Shown here: positions 8,824 through 18,776 of the stretch, piece by piece | How the letters are laid out: every line of letters starts with the position of its first letter | Numbering within the stretch: position 1 is the first letter of the stretch | DNA from: Candidatus Latescibacterota bacterium | Lineage (GTDB): Bacteria > Latescibacterota > CBDEFO01 | DNA: 64,000 nucleotides | Reading direction: 5' to 3' | Assembly (NCBI GenBank): GCA_965248755.1 | Contig: OZ252149.1 | Location: 4,476,736-4,540,735, forward strand | Notes under the pieces: generated by a model | Seen by the model: the letters and a program-made list of their open reading frames with translations, nothing else | Databases searched by the model: none | What the model was told of the DNA's origin: nothing | Translations under genes and position numbers: made by a program

Positions 8824-9626
8824 AAAAAGATAAGGTCACCGCGGTAAGACTCCTGGAGATGAAGGCAAAGGGCGAAAAGATCGCTGCATTGACGGCTTAC
8901 GAGACGATATTCGCCTCCATTCTGGATGAGATAGGAGTAGATCTTGTTTTAGTCGGGGATACCTTGGGACAGACCTTTGCAGGCTACGATACTACTCTCC
9001 CTGTGACGGTAGATCAGATGGTGTACCACACTTGTATAGTGTCCAGATGTGTCGAGAGAGCGCTGGTAGTAGGAGATATGCCTTTTATGTCCTTCCAGGT
9101 GAGCCCTGAGGAGGCCTTAAAGAATGTGGGTAGAATTATAAAAGAAGGTGGTGCAGAGGCGGTAAAGCTCGAAGGCGGATCCCTGATAGTGGATACTGTA
9201 GACAAGATTGTGAACGCCGGGATCCCTGTTATGGGACACATCGGTCTGACCCCTCAGTCTGTGCATAGAGTGGGTGGATTCAAGGTCCAGGGGAGGGAAG
9301 AAAAGGAAAGCGCGAAGCTTATTCAGGACGCTAAGGCTCTTGAGGAGGCTGGAGTCTTTAGTCTAGTACTGGAAGCGATGCCTTACGATCTGGCCAAGGA
9401 TATAACTGCACGCCTCAAGGTTCCAACTATAGGGATAGGCGCGGGACCTCACTGCGACGGACAGATACTGGTAACTCAGGATCTGTTGGGACTCTTTGAA
9501 AGATTTCTGCCCAAGTACGTCAGAAAGTACGCAGAGTTGGCAAAGGAGACAAGGCAGGCGTGTAAATCTTATATCGAAGATGTAAAAGCGCAGAAGTATC
9601 CGTCTCTGGATGAAAGCTATGGATGA
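8820..9626 (+). CDS. panB: 3-methyl-2-oxobutanoate hydroxymethyltransferase
   Basis: 'LTAY', 'LVGD', 'AVKLEGG', 'GHIGLTPQS', 'PTIGIGAG..CDGQILV'. Confidence 0.96.
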   Translation: MKKDKVTAVRLLEMKAKGEKIAALTAYETIFASILDEIGVDLVLVGDTLGQTFAGYDTTLPVTVDQMVYHTCIVSRCVERALVVGDMPFMSFQVSPEEALKNVGRIIKEGGAEAVKLEGGSLIVDTVDKIVNAGIPVMGHIGLTPQSVHRVGGFKVQGREEKESAKLIQDAKALEEAGVFSLVLEAMPYDLAKDITARLKVPTIGIGAGPHCDGQILVTQDLLGLFERFLPKYVRKYAELAKETRQACKSYIEDVKAQKYPSLDESYG

Positions 9627-9671
9627 CAACGGACCGGAATTGCGCATAATAATAAGTCCGCAAAGATTCAA

Positions 9672-10526
9672 ATGCCGCTTAAAACAATTATAGATGCTGT
9701 CGACCAAATGCATACTTGGGCAGACGAGGCAAGGTCTACAAAGATGAAAATAGGCTTAGTGCCTACTATGGGTTTTCTGCATCAAGGGCATCTGAGTCTG
9801 GTAAAAAAGGCAAGAGATAAGGCAGATCAAGTTGTGGTGAGTATATTTGTGAATCCGGGCCAGTTTGAACCGAACGAAGACTTTGAGGACTATCCGAGAG
9901 ATTTCGAAAGAGATGTGACTCTGATAGGGAAGGCTGGTGGTGATGTGATCTTCGCTCCCTCTGTGGAAGAGATTTACCCTGAGGGTTTTAGTACTTACGT
10001 GAAAGTAGAGAAATTAACTGCAGGTCTTTGTGCGGTATCACGTCCCTCTCACTTCCAGGGAGTGACTATTGTTGTGATCAAGCTGCTCTGCTGTGTGAAG
10101 CCGCACTTTGCGGTGTTCGGTCAAAAGGACGCTCAGCAGGCGTTCGTTATAAAAAGGATGGTCCAGGATCTAAACATGGATGTGGAGATAGTAGTGTGTC
10201 CGACAGTCAGGGCGGAGGACGGCATCGCTATGAGTTCGCGGAATATGTATCTCTCTCACCAGGAGAGGGAAGATGCTACGATTCTGTTCAAGTCTCTTCA
10301 AAGGGCAAGAAAGATGATAGGAGAGGGACAAAGGGAAGCTGACAAAATAATCAAGGTTATGAAGGATATGATAGAGGAACAGAGGACGGCCAGGGTAGAT
10401 TATGTGTCAATTGTAGATACTCTAAATCTGAAAGAGATAGATACGATTGAAGGGGAGGTGCTGATAGCTCTTGCAGTATGGTTTGGGAGCGCAAGATTGA
10501 TAGATAATGCGATAGTATCAGTTTAA
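9672..10526 (+). CDS. panC: pantoate--beta-alanine ligase
   Basis: 'VPTMGFLHQGHLSL', 'SIFVNP.QF', 'RP.HFQGV', 'FGQKDAQQ', 'AMSSRN', 'RLIDN'. Confidence 0.96.
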   Translation: MPLKTIIDAVDQMHTWADEARSTKMKIGLVPTMGFLHQGHLSLVKKARDKADQVVVSIFVNPGQFEPNEDFEDYPRDFERDVTLIGKAGGDVIFAPSVEEIYPEGFSTYVKVEKLTAGLCAVSRPSHFQGVTIVVIKLLCCVKPHFAVFGQKDAQQAFVIKRMVQDLNMDVEIVVCPTVRAEDGIAMSSRNMYLSHQEREDATILFKSLQRARKMIGEGQREADKIIKVMKDMIEEQRTARVDYVSIVDTLNLKEIDTIEGEVLIALAVWFGSARLIDNAIVSV

Positions 10527-10608
10527 GACGAATCTAGCGGTTAGGTATAAATTGAATTGCCGCAGGACTTCGGTTGCATCAACTTACATTTGGTAAATTC
10601 GCTATCCA

Positions 10609-11232
10609 ATGAAACATCTTAACTTAGGTGTTCTCGCCTCCGGCGGGGGCACGAATCTTCAGACAATAATTGACAATTGCCAAAAGGGTGCAATTGACGC
10701 GGAAGTGGGGGTTGTCATAAGTAATAATAGCAGCTCCGGGGCGTTGGAAAGGGCGCGAAAGCATGGCATTCCCGCTCTTCATATAAGCAGAATTAAGTTG
10801 GATTCAGACGATGAAGTAGATGAGACTATACTGCATGCCTTGGCAGACCACAATGTAGATTTGGTGGCATTGGCGGGATATATGAAGCGTATAGGAACAA
10901 AGGTTTTAGGTGCCTATCGAAACAGGATATTGAATATACATCCTGCTCTCCTTCCATCGTTCGGCGGGATGTACGGCCGTAGAGTGCACGAAGAGGTGGT
11001 AGAAAGCGGGGTTAAGGTCTCTGGGGTTACAGTGCATATTGTGGACCAGGAGTACGATCACGGTCCGATCGTGGCTCAAAGACCGGTTCCGGTATTGGAT
11101 GACGATTCACCCGATGATCTTGGAGAGAGGGTGTTAAACGAGGAGCATAAGTTGTACTCTAAAGTGATTCAGTTGTTTGCCGAAGGGAGAATAAGAGTTC
11201 AAGGGAGAAAAGTAAAGATAGAGGAGCGCTAG
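10609..11232 (+). CDS. purN: phosphoribosylglycinamide formyltransferase
   Basis: 'LASGGGTNLQ', 'LAGYM', 'LNIHPALLPSFGG', 'GVTVH.VD..YD.GPI'. Confidence 0.96.
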   Translation: MKHLNLGVLASGGGTNLQTIIDNCQKGAIDAEVGVVISNNSSSGALERARKHGIPALHISRIKLDSDDEVDETILHALADHNVDLVALAGYMKRIGTKVLGAYRNRILNIHPALLPSFGGMYGRRVHEEVVESGVKVSGVTVHIVDQEYDHGPIVAQRPVPVLDDDSPDDLGERVLNEEHKLYSKVIQLFAEGRIRVQGRKVKIEER

Positions 11233-11234
11233 AA

Positions 11235-11879
11235 ATGGGCGATCTATGTGTGAAGGATGGGGAAACCTTTCTCTTTATCGGAGACAGCATCACAGACTGT
11301 GGAAGACAGGAAGACAAAGCTCCTTATGGAGACGGATACGTCAGTCTCTTTATAGATATTGCGACCAGCCGGTACCCTGATCGGAATATCACCTTTATCA
11401 ACAAAGGGATCGGTGGCAATAGTGTAACGAGCTTGAAGGATCGCTGGGAAGCTGATGTGATCGCCGAGAACCCGGACTGGCTCTCTGTAAAGATAGGGAT
11501 CAACGACATTCACTGCCACGTTCGCGGTGCGGACAATGCAGTCTCTCCTTCTCTATTCCGCCAGACGTACGACTATATCCTCGGCCAGGCAGTGGAAAAA
11601 ACAAGTGCTCAGCTTGTCCTGATAGATCCATTTTATATCAGCGCGGATCGTTCGGACCAGACGTTCGCGAGTAGTGTGATGGAGATTATTCCAGAGTATT
11701 TAAGGGTTGTCCACGATATGACCCAACAATACAAAACCCGACTCGTTAAGACTCATGATGTATTTCAGAAACACCTCAACTACAGGGGCCCGGAGACCTT
11801 CTGCCCCGAGCCTGTACATCCCAATCGTACAGGGCATGTAGTCATTGCAATGGAGTTGATGGATGTGCTGACATGGTGA
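11235..11879 (+). CDS. SGNH/GDSL hydrolase
   Basis: Blocks 'FIGDSITD', 'NKGIGGN', 'IGIND', 'EPVHPN..GH'. Confidence 0.9.
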   Translation: MGDLCVKDGETFLFIGDSITDCGRQEDKAPYGDGYVSLFIDIATSRYPDRNITFINKGIGGNSVTSLKDRWEADVIAENPDWLSVKIGINDIHCHVRGADNAVSPSLFRQTYDYILGQAVEKTSAQLVLIDPFYISADRSDQTFASSVMEIIPEYLRVVHDMTQQYKTRLVKTHDVFQKHLNYRGPETFCPEPVHPNRTGHVVIAMELMDVLTW

Positions 11880-11897
11880 TACAGATACAAGGACAAC

Positions 11898-12425
11898 TTG
11901 GACAAGGAGAAGGAAATCTCAGATAAGTTTGAGGTGATCAAGTTTTGTCCCAGATGCGGAGGGCATCTGGAAAAGCGCATCTTAGATGGAATTGAAAGAC
12001 CGGTGTGCAAGGACTGTAATTTTGTGTTTTATCTGAATCCTACTCCTGCGGCTGCGGTCGTGATACTGAATGACACTAAGGTTTTGTTTGTAAAGAGGGC
12101 GTTTGAGCCTCGAAAACGGGCATGGTCTCTCCCTGCGGGGTTTGAGGAATACTTTGAGTCACCGGAAGAGTGCGCAATCAGGGAAGTAAAGGAGGAAACA
12201 GGGCTTGACGTGGGAAATCTGGAACTTTTGGGCGTATATTCAGGTAGTGAAGACCCGAGGACCAGAGTGGTGTTAATCGTGTATATTACCGACACCTGGC
12301 AGGGTGAGGTCACCCCAGGGGACGATGCAAGTGAGGCTAGGTGGTTTGACATAGATAGTCCTCCGAAAGATATAGCTTTCCGTAATCATCAAAGGGCCGT
12401 GGATGCAGCAAGGATCAGAATTTAG
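11898..12425 (+). CDS. NUDIX hydrolase with N-terminal zinc ribbon
   Basis: 'FCPRCG...C..C'; Nudix box 'LPAGF.EYFESPEECAIREVKEETGL'. Confidence 0.92.
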   Translation: MDKEKEISDKFEVIKFCPRCGGHLEKRILDGIERPVCKDCNFVFYLNPTPAAAVVILNDTKVLFVKRAFEPRKRAWSLPAGFEEYFESPEECAIREVKEETGLDVGNLELLGVYSGSEDPRTRVVLIVYITDTWQGEVTPGDDASEARWFDIDSPPKDIAFRNHQRAVDAARIRI

Positions 12426-12435
12426 AGGGGATCAG

Positions 12436-12879
12436 TTGATAGGAAGGATACTGGGCATAGACTATGGTGAAAGGAGGATAGGTATCGCCATAAGCGATCC
12501 CCTAGGGATAACAGCTCAGGGGCTGGAGACACTTGTCATAAGATCCAGAGATGAGGCCTTGGAAAAAATCGCCGGGATCGCGGAGGAAAAGGAGGCTGTG
12601 GAGTTAGTAGTGGGCATGCCTCTTAATATGGACGGGAGTACAGGAATAAAAGTTGAGGAAGTAAAAGTATTTGTGGAGGCCTTAAAGGAGAAAACGGGCT
12701 TAAAGATCAATGTATGGGACGAACGGATGACAACTATAGCAGCTCAAAGAGCAATGGGAGAGATGGGAATAAAGCTCAAAGGCAGGAAGAAAAACCTGGA
12801 CAGGATAGCAGCAACCATGATCCTTCAGGGATATTTAGATAGGCTTTCGCGGAGCTCCGATGACGATAAGGAGTCATAG
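12436..12879 (+). CDS. ruvX: Holliday junction resolvase-like / pre-16S rRNA nuclease YqgF
   Basis: 'ILGIDYGERRIGIAISD', 'VVGMPLNMDG', 'WDERMTT', 'D.IAATMILQGYL'. Confidence 0.95.
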   Translation: MIGRILGIDYGERRIGIAISDPLGITAQGLETLVIRSRDEALEKIAGIAEEKEAVELVVGMPLNMDGSTGIKVEEVKVFVEALKEKTGLKINVWDERMTTIAAQRAMGEMGIKLKGRKKNLDRIAATMILQGYLDRLSRSSDDDKES

Positions 12880-14029
12880 AAGTAACATCCTGTTGCGGGC
12901 TGCAGACTTGGGGATCTTATCTTTGTCCGCAGTTGCAGTGCTAACCGCAACTTGGGCATTAGTTCTCGCTTCTTTTATGTACTATGCAATAACAGCGCCA
13001 TTTAGGTTAGCGTTCCTGCTCGGCCGCGGTCGAGCAGGACTGGCTATCGGGGTATCTTGCATACTGGCCCTGGTTACAGTGATAATCTTAGCCTTCCTTT
13101 TGAACCTACCTGTAGGAAAAGACTTAAACAGGGAGGTTATAATTAGGAAGGGCCTGACATCAAAAGAAATAGGGAAGGCTTTAGAAACGGATGGAGTGAT
13201 TAGAAGTTCTCTATTTTTCCTCTTGGCCGTGAAGGTTTTAGGAACAGAGGAGAGGATAAGGGCTGGGAGATATAGGCTGCCAGATTCGGAATCTACACTT
13301 TCGATAATAGACAGACTGATTGAGGGCGGCTACATAACTCAGAATGTGACAATCCCTGAGGGACTGACAAGGAGCGCTATAGCTGATATTCTGGAAGATA
13401 AGTTAGATTTGGACAAAGAAAGCTTCTTGAAGCTTTCAGACGATTCTACGTTTTGCAATAGCTTGGGGATAGAGGCTCAGAATCTGGAAGGCTATCTGTT
13501 TCCCGACACGTATAATTTCGACTCGCACGCGGATGAAGAAGCTGTGTTGAGGAGGATGGTGGGAAGATTCAAAGATGTGTTTGTAGATTCTCTTAAGGAC
13601 AGGGCAAGAGAGTTAGGATTTTCGACACACCAGATAGTAACTCTGGCATCTACAATTGAAAAAGAGGCGGCAGTTCCTCCAGAAAGAGCGATTATCTCTG
13701 CGGTATTTCATAGAAGATTGAGATCGAAGATGCGTCTGGACGCGGACGTGACTTTGGAGTATGCGCTGGGCAGGAGAATGACGACAAAAGATAAGAAGCT
13801 ACGGTCTCCTTATAATACGTATAAATACAGAGGTCTCTCTCCAGGCCCGATAGCAAATCCGGGTAAAGCCGCTATCCTGGCTGCTTTATATCCTGAGGAC
13901 GTGGACTACCTCTATTTCGTGGCAAGAGGCGATGGAACTCACGTTTTCAGCAGGACGAACAGGGAGCACATAAACGCCAAGAACAGGATTAAGCGGGCAC
14001 GGCGCGGGAGAGTCTCAAGTCGTCAGTGA
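12860..14029 (+). CDS. mltG: endolytic transglycosylase MltG
   Basis: 'VTIPEG', 'LEGYLFPDTY', 'LASTIEKE', 'SPYNTY...GL.PGPIANPG', 'YLYFVA...G.H.FS'. Confidence 0.94.
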   Translation: MTIRSHRSNILLRAADLGILSLSAVAVLTATWALVLASFMYYAITAPFRLAFLLGRGRAGLAIGVSCILALVTVIILAFLLNLPVGKDLNREVIIRKGLTSKEIGKALETDGVIRSSLFFLLAVKVLGTEERIRAGRYRLPDSESTLSIIDRLIEGGYITQNVTIPEGLTRSAIADILEDKLDLDKESFLKLSDDSTFCNSLGIEAQNLEGYLFPDTYNFDSHADEEAVLRRMVGRFKDVFVDSLKDRARELGFSTHQIVTLASTIEKEAAVPPERAIISAVFHRRLRSKMRLDADVTLEYALGRRMTTKDKKLRSPYNTYKYRGLSPGPIANPGKAAILAALYPEDVDYLYFVARGDGTHVFSRTNREHINAKNRIKRARRGRVSSRQ

Positions 14030-14070
14030 GCGGAGATGGTGTCTCTGCATAAAGTCAGTAGGTGTCGATA

Positions 14071-14292
14071 ATGGCAAAGGATACCAGAGAGATCGAGGAG
14101 GAAACCGAGAACAGATTGGTCCTACTCAGCATATCCCGCGGAACAATATATCAGATCATAGACTCTTCAATTCTACTATTCATTGTCGTACTATTGCTGA
14201 TCTTCTGGGTGAACAAAGCCGATTCTATTTCGTTCAGTTTTATTCTTATCGGTTTCATATTGGTTTCTGGCCTCGCCGCAAGCTGGAAGTGA
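14071..14292 (+). CDS. small membrane protein (possibly 5' half of a frameshifted gene continuing in 14289-14720)
   Basis: Two hydrophobic segments; overlaps next ORF by GTGA. Confidence 0.5.
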   Translation: MAKDTREIEEETENRLVLLSISRGTIYQIIDSSILLFIVVLLLIFWVNKADSISFSFILIGFILVSGLAASWK

Positions 14293-14720
14293 AGAAAAGT
14301 CTTCTGGTACCCGCTAAAGTCACAGTGTTGTCATTGCCTGAACTGATTGGAGTATTTTTTGTAAAGACCGTTATATATGTGACGAGCATATTTGGCGGGG
14401 GGGCGGGGTCCTCTGGTATGGGAGGGCGGCAGGAGGAAATTAATGGACGGAATGTAGTCATGTTGACGAGGACCAAGAGGGATTATAATAGTACTGTGCT
14501 TTATTTCGTAAGTGGGTTTTTGGATGATCAGGACAGGGCTATAGTGAGAAAAATCACTGAATTTCTGGAGACGAAAGCCATTGTTGAGAGTACGGTGTCC
14601 TGCGATGCTGAAGCGTTTCAGGTTTTTTCAGGCAAAGACCTGGGTCCGGAGATTAAGGTGGAAGATTTATCCAAAGCAGAGCTGGGAGATATAGATGAAA
14701 TCTGTCTCAATTTTAGATAG
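14289..14720 (+). CDS. hypothetical protein
   Basis: 143-aa ORF in operon context overlapping the pcrA start; no recognised motif. Confidence 0.5.
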   Translation: MKKSLLVPAKVTVLSLPELIGVFFVKTVIYVTSIFGGGAGSSGMGGRQEEINGRNVVMLTRTKRDYNSTVLYFVSGFLDDQDRAIVRKITEFLETKAIVESTVSCDAEAFQVFSGKDLGPEIKVEDLSKAELGDIDEICLNFR

Positions 14721-16884
14721 TCTAAATCCTATGCAGCGTGAAGCTGCGCAGGTTGTAGATGGACCTGTGTTGATATTGGCGGGCGCAGGGAGCGGTAAGA
14801 CGAGGTGCCTTACCCACAGGATAGCCTATCTTATGGGAGAGATAAGCATAGACCCGAAGAACATCCTTGCGGTTACGTTCACGAATAAGGCTGCAAATGA
14901 GATGAAGGAAAGGGTGCAAGGGCTGATAGGGATGGCGGTGAAGGATATGTGGATAGGGACTTTTCACTCTATGTGTGCCAGGATATTGAGGATTGAGGCG
15001 GAACATGTAGGTTATAATAGAAACTTTACGATATACGATTCTAACGATCAACTCTCCTTAGTCAAGAAGATTATGAGGAATCTTGGGGTTCCGGAGAGTC
15101 AGGTTCATCCTTCTGCTGCAAGGGGAAGAATAAGCAGGCTGAAGAATTCTATGATCGAAGCAGCGGAGTTTGAGTCCTCTGCAACGACTTACGCTGATGA
15201 GATCATAGCAAAGATATACAGGCAGTATCAGGTTTCCCTGAGGGGGAATGGGGCTTTCGATTTCGACGACCTGCTTTGGGAGCCTGTAAGGATATTCAGT
15301 GAGTATCCCGATATTTTGAGTAAGTATCAAAGAAAATTCAGATATATACTGGTAGATGAGTACCAGGATACGAATAGACCTCAGTACGCGTTGACAAAAA
15401 TATTAGCGCAGAAGCACAGAAATATATGCGTTGTAGGAGACGACGATCAGTCTATCTATTCGTTTCGCGGAGCAGATCTCAATAATATTCTTGACTTTGA
15501 GAAGGACTACCAGGACGTTAGAGTCATAAGGCTTGAACAAAACTACCGTTCAACGGAAAATATACTGGCCCTGGGCAATGCAGTCGTAAGCAATAATAAG
15601 GGTAGGAGAGGTAAAGAGCTCTGGACAGATAGAGGGCAGGGCGAGAGAGTAGGCTTCCTGAATTGTGAGGATGAGAGGGACGAGGGGAGAAGGATAACAG
15701 GGGTTATAGGTGATGAATTATCAAAAAATGGGCGGTCATTAGGAGACTTTGCGCTTTTGTACAGGACAAACGCTCAATCCAGAGCTCTGGAGGATGCGTT
15801 CAGGTCTGCCAGGATTCCGTATGTGATAGTAGGTGGAGTAAAGTTCTATGAGCGAAAGGAAATCAAGGATGCGCTGGCTTACTTAAGGGTCATAGCGAAT
15901 CAGAGAGATTCCGTGAACTTAAGGCGCATCATCAATATTCCCAAAAGGGGTATAGGCGATACTACTGTCGAGAGATTAGAGACATTTGGCTTAAGAAATG
16001 GATTGTCTCTCTTTGAGGTTTTAGGGAGGCTGGATGAGATTGAGGAACTAACCCCAGCAGCAAGGAAGAGGATCACTGACTTTAAGAGCATGATAGAGGA
16101 GTTTATTGCCCGGAAAGAACAGGTAGAGATGGATATTTTGGTGAGGGATGTGGTGTCAAGGACAGGATATTTCGATGAGCTGAGGTCTGAAGGGACAATT
16201 GAGGCGGAGTCGAGAACAGAAAATGTGGAGGAGTTGCTGTCCGCTGTCGTGGATTTTTCTGAGAGGCGAGATGACGCGTCTTTGGAGGCATTCTTAGAGG
16301 AGGTGTCGCTGGTCACTGATATTGACAGGTCGGACGATCAAAAGGATGCAGTAACGATGATGACGCTGCACAGTGCAAAAGGTCTGGAATTTCCAGTTGT
16401 GTTCATAACCGGATTAGAGGACAGGCTCCTTCCACTGTCCAGGAGCATAGAGAACAAGGATGAGCTGGAGGAGGAGCGGAGATTATTCTACGTGGGGATT
16501 ACGAGGGCAAAGGAGCGCCTATTGTTATCTGCCGCAAGCCAGCGTTCACGTTTCGGCTATAGGACGTGGAGCGAGCCATCTCGTTTTTTGGGTGAGATTC
16601 CGCCGGATTTGATTGAAGGAACTGTGAGAATTGCCAGAGAAGACTATCTCGTGGAGGATGATGATTTAAAGAAGCGTGATTCAAGTGATGACCTATATGC
16701 TGACCCGTACGATACGTCATGGCTGGACGTGGGCAAGTTGGTGATACATCCAGATTGGGGCAGTGGCAAGGTATTGGAGAGAAGCGGTAGGAGAGAGAAC
16801 ACAAAGTTAGTGGTCAAGTTCAAGACTTCACAGAAGAGGCTGTTGGTCAAATATGCCAAGTTGAGACCGGGAGAGGCAGTCTAA
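14695..16884 (+). CDS. pcrA: ATP-dependent DNA helicase PcrA/UvrD
   Basis: 'LAGAGSGKT', 'VTFTNKAANEM', 'LVDEYQDTN', 'VVGDDDQSIY', 'LEQNYRST', 'TLHSAKGLEF', 'EEERRLFYVGITRA', C-terminal Tudor-like 'HPDWGSG'. Confidence 0.96.
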   Translation: MKSVSILDSLNPMQREAAQVVDGPVLILAGAGSGKTRCLTHRIAYLMGEISIDPKNILAVTFTNKAANEMKERVQGLIGMAVKDMWIGTFHSMCARILRIEAEHVGYNRNFTIYDSNDQLSLVKKIMRNLGVPESQVHPSAARGRISRLKNSMIEAAEFESSATTYADEIIAKIYRQYQVSLRGNGAFDFDDLLWEPVRIFSEYPDILSKYQRKFRYILVDEYQDTNRPQYALTKILAQKHRNICVVGDDDQSIYSFRGADLNNILDFEKDYQDVRVIRLEQNYRSTENILALGNAVVSNNKGRRGKELWTDRGQGERVGFLNCEDERDEGRRITGVIGDELSKNGRSLGDFALLYRTNAQSRALEDAFRSARIPYVIVGGVKFYERKEIKDALAYLRVIANQRDSVNLRRIINIPKRGIGDTTVERLETFGLRNGLSLFEVLGRLDEIEELTPAARKRITDFKSMIEEFIARKEQVEMDILVRDVVSRTGYFDELRSEGTIEAESRTENVEELLSAVVDFSERRDDASLEAFLEEVSLVTDIDRSDDQKDAVTMMTLHSAKGLEFPVVFITGLEDRLLPLSRSIENKDELEEERRLFYVGITRAKERLLLSAASQRSRFGYRTWSEPSRFLGEIPPDLIEGTVRIAREDYLVEDDDLKKRDSSDDLYADPYDTSWLDVGKLVIHPDWGSGKVLERSGRRENTKLVVKFKTSQKRLLVKYAKLRPGEAV

Positions 16885-16887
16885 GTC

Positions 16888-16916
16888 AGATTGCCTGCGC
16901 TTAAGCTCGCAATGAC
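16888..16916 (+). repeat. REP-like dispersed repeat family A (GATTG...CGCAATGAC), copy 1
   Basis: AGATTGCCTGCGCTTAAGCTCGCAATGAC; related copies at 25120-25148 (inverted), 38970-38997 and 60461-60485, all intergenic after stop codons. Confidence 0.6.
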
Positions 16917-16980
16917 GACTTAGTGAGAAGATATACCCTCTGTTTAGTTATGTAGAGCGCGACAAGAAGGAGCATGAGCT

Positions 16981-17268
16981 ATGGCCGTTACGGTAGACGA
17001 CGTTGACAAGGTAGCCTCCCTGTCAAGGTTATCATTTTCAGATGATGAGAGACGAAGGTTAGTGGATGACCTGAACAGAATCCTTGAGTATATGGATCAG
17101 TTGAACGAGCTGAACACTGAGGATGTCGAGCCTACAGCTTACGTTCTTTCGATGAGCAACGTGTTTCGGGAGGATGTAGAGAAGCCTTCTATGCCGAAGG
17201 AGAAGTTGCTGGCGAACGCTCCGAGTCAGGAGAAGGGCTACTTCAAGGTGCCGCAGGTGATCGAGTAA
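16981..17268 (+). CDS. gatC: Asp-tRNA(Asn)/Glu-tRNA(Gln) amidotransferase subunit C
   Basis: 'VDKVASLSRL', 'IL.Y.DQL.EL.TE.VEP', 'NVFRED', 'NAP....GYFKVP.VIE'. Confidence 0.95.
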   Translation: MAVTVDDVDKVASLSRLSFSDDERRRLVDDLNRILEYMDQLNELNTEDVEPTAYVLSMSNVFREDVEKPSMPKEKLLANAPSQEKGYFKVPQVIE

Positions 17269-18029
17269 TGGGACGGACGGCTGTGATAATTCCCGCACGA
17301 TACGAGTCGAAAAGACTCCGAGGGAAGGCCCTTTTGAGAATTGCGGGTAAGCCGATGATAGAACACGTTTACAAGAGGGCGTGCAAGGCTTGTGTGGCAT
17401 CTGATGTCATCGTAGCTACGGATGATATAAGGATAAAGGAGGCAGTTGAAGGTTTCGGTGGGATAGCGGTTATGACTTCTTCTGAGCACAAAAGTGGTAC
17501 GGACAGGATAGCTGAGGTTGTGGAGTCGTTGAAGGATGTAGAAATAGTTGTAAATGTTCAAGGGGATGAGCCGCTAATTGATCCGAGTGTGATAGATCTT
17601 GTGGCCCATCCACTTATCAGGGATAGAAATATAGTAATGGGAACAGCAGCGTACAAGATCAGATCTTTAGAGGAACTATTAAGCACAAATGTAGTTAAGG
17701 TGGTCGTTGATAGAGAGGGCTTCGCCCTTTATTTCTCAAGAGCACCGATTCCTTTCATCAGAGATATTGAAGATAGACCTCACGTGATGGACGGATATTG
17801 CTTCCTGGGACACATAGGTATATATTCTTATAGGAGACACTTTCTTTTGGAGTTTGCTCGTATGGAGCCTGCACCTTTAGAAGATATCGAAAGGTTAGAA
17901 CAGATGAGAGCGTTGGAGAATGGATATAAAATATATGTGTCCAGGACAGAGGTCAGGTCTGTGGGTGTGGATACAACGGAGGATTTAGAGAGGGTAAGGA
18001 GGGGGCTAAGTCGTTGTGACACAAGCTGA
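17268..18029 (+). CDS. kdsB: 3-deoxy-manno-octulosonate cytidylyltransferase
   Basis: 'IIPARYES.RL.GK', 'SGTDRIAE', 'NVQGDEP', 'ALYFSRAPIP', 'HIGIY', 'LEQ.RALE'. Confidence 0.95.
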   Translation: MGRTAVIIPARYESKRLRGKALLRIAGKPMIEHVYKRACKACVASDVIVATDDIRIKEAVEGFGGIAVMTSSEHKSGTDRIAEVVESLKDVEIVVNVQGDEPLIDPSVIDLVAHPLIRDRNIVMGTAAYKIRSLEELLSTNVVKVVVDREGFALYFSRAPIPFIRDIEDRPHVMDGYCFLGHIGIYSYRRHFLLEFARMEPAPLEDIERLEQMRALENGYKIYVSRTEVRSVGVDTTEDLERVRRGLSRCDTS

Positions 18030-18058
18030 GGAATCGATCTGATACGCTTAGAAATCCA

Positions 18059-18742
18059 GTGTCAGAAGGAGATGTAGTGAAACTCTATCTTATTAGGCAC
18101 GGGCAAGCAAGATATTTTGGGGATGACGGGAAGATACAGAACAGTCAGGGCTTTCTGACCGAATTAGGTCATCGTCAAGCAGAGAGGGTGGGGGAGCGTT
18201 TCAGGGATTCTAACGTAGATTATCTCTACAGCAGCCCCTTGAAGAGAGTTCAGGAGACTGTGAGCTATCTGTCTCGAGCTCTGGGAAAGTCCCCGGAGTT
18301 TCTTGAATGGTTGAGGGAAATCAGCGTGGGCGATTTTGATGGATGGGCGGAGCCTATGGTTCGAAAGCATCTTGAGGAGGTAGCACTAAGGCCGCTTGCA
18401 GAGTGGTGGGACGGATACCCGAGGGGGGAGACCTTTAGGGAGTTCCACAAGAGGGTGACAAGAGGGTTAGACGATCTTCTGAAAAGCCACAGCGTGGAAA
18501 AAGATGGAGATTCTTATAGAATGTTGGGAGAGCAGGATCAGCGTCTGTGTCTGGTCTGTCATGCGGGGACGATTTCAGTTATTGTTAGCTATCTTCTGGA
18601 GTTGCAGCCTGTGCCCTGGGAATGGCATAGATTCTCCTCAGAGAACACCGGGGTATCCTGTATTCAATTCGGGAGAGTTGCAGACGCACTTAAGCCCTCT
18701 TTGATCTTTTTTAATTCCATTTCTCATCTGAACGGCATTTAG
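18059..18742 (+). CDS. histidine phosphatase (phosphoglycerate mutase-like) family protein
   Basis: 'LIRHG', 'LTELG..QA', 'SSPL.R..ET', 'LVCHAG'. Confidence 0.88.
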   Translation: MSEGDVVKLYLIRHGQARYFGDDGKIQNSQGFLTELGHRQAERVGERFRDSNVDYLYSSPLKRVQETVSYLSRALGKSPEFLEWLREISVGDFDGWAEPMVRKHLEEVALRPLAEWWDGYPRGETFREFHKRVTRGLDDLLKSHSVEKDGDSYRMLGEQDQRLCLVCHAGTISVIVSYLLELQPVPWEWHRFSSENTGVSCIQFGRVADALKPSLIFFNSISHLNGI

Positions 18743-18776
18743 GTCGTTTAAAGCGTGATGTACAGGAGGAAGGAAA

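Noticed and set aside
16981..17268. gatC without adjacent gatA/gatB as an anomaly
   Set aside because: Split gat genes are common; gatA and gatB may simply lie outside the window.
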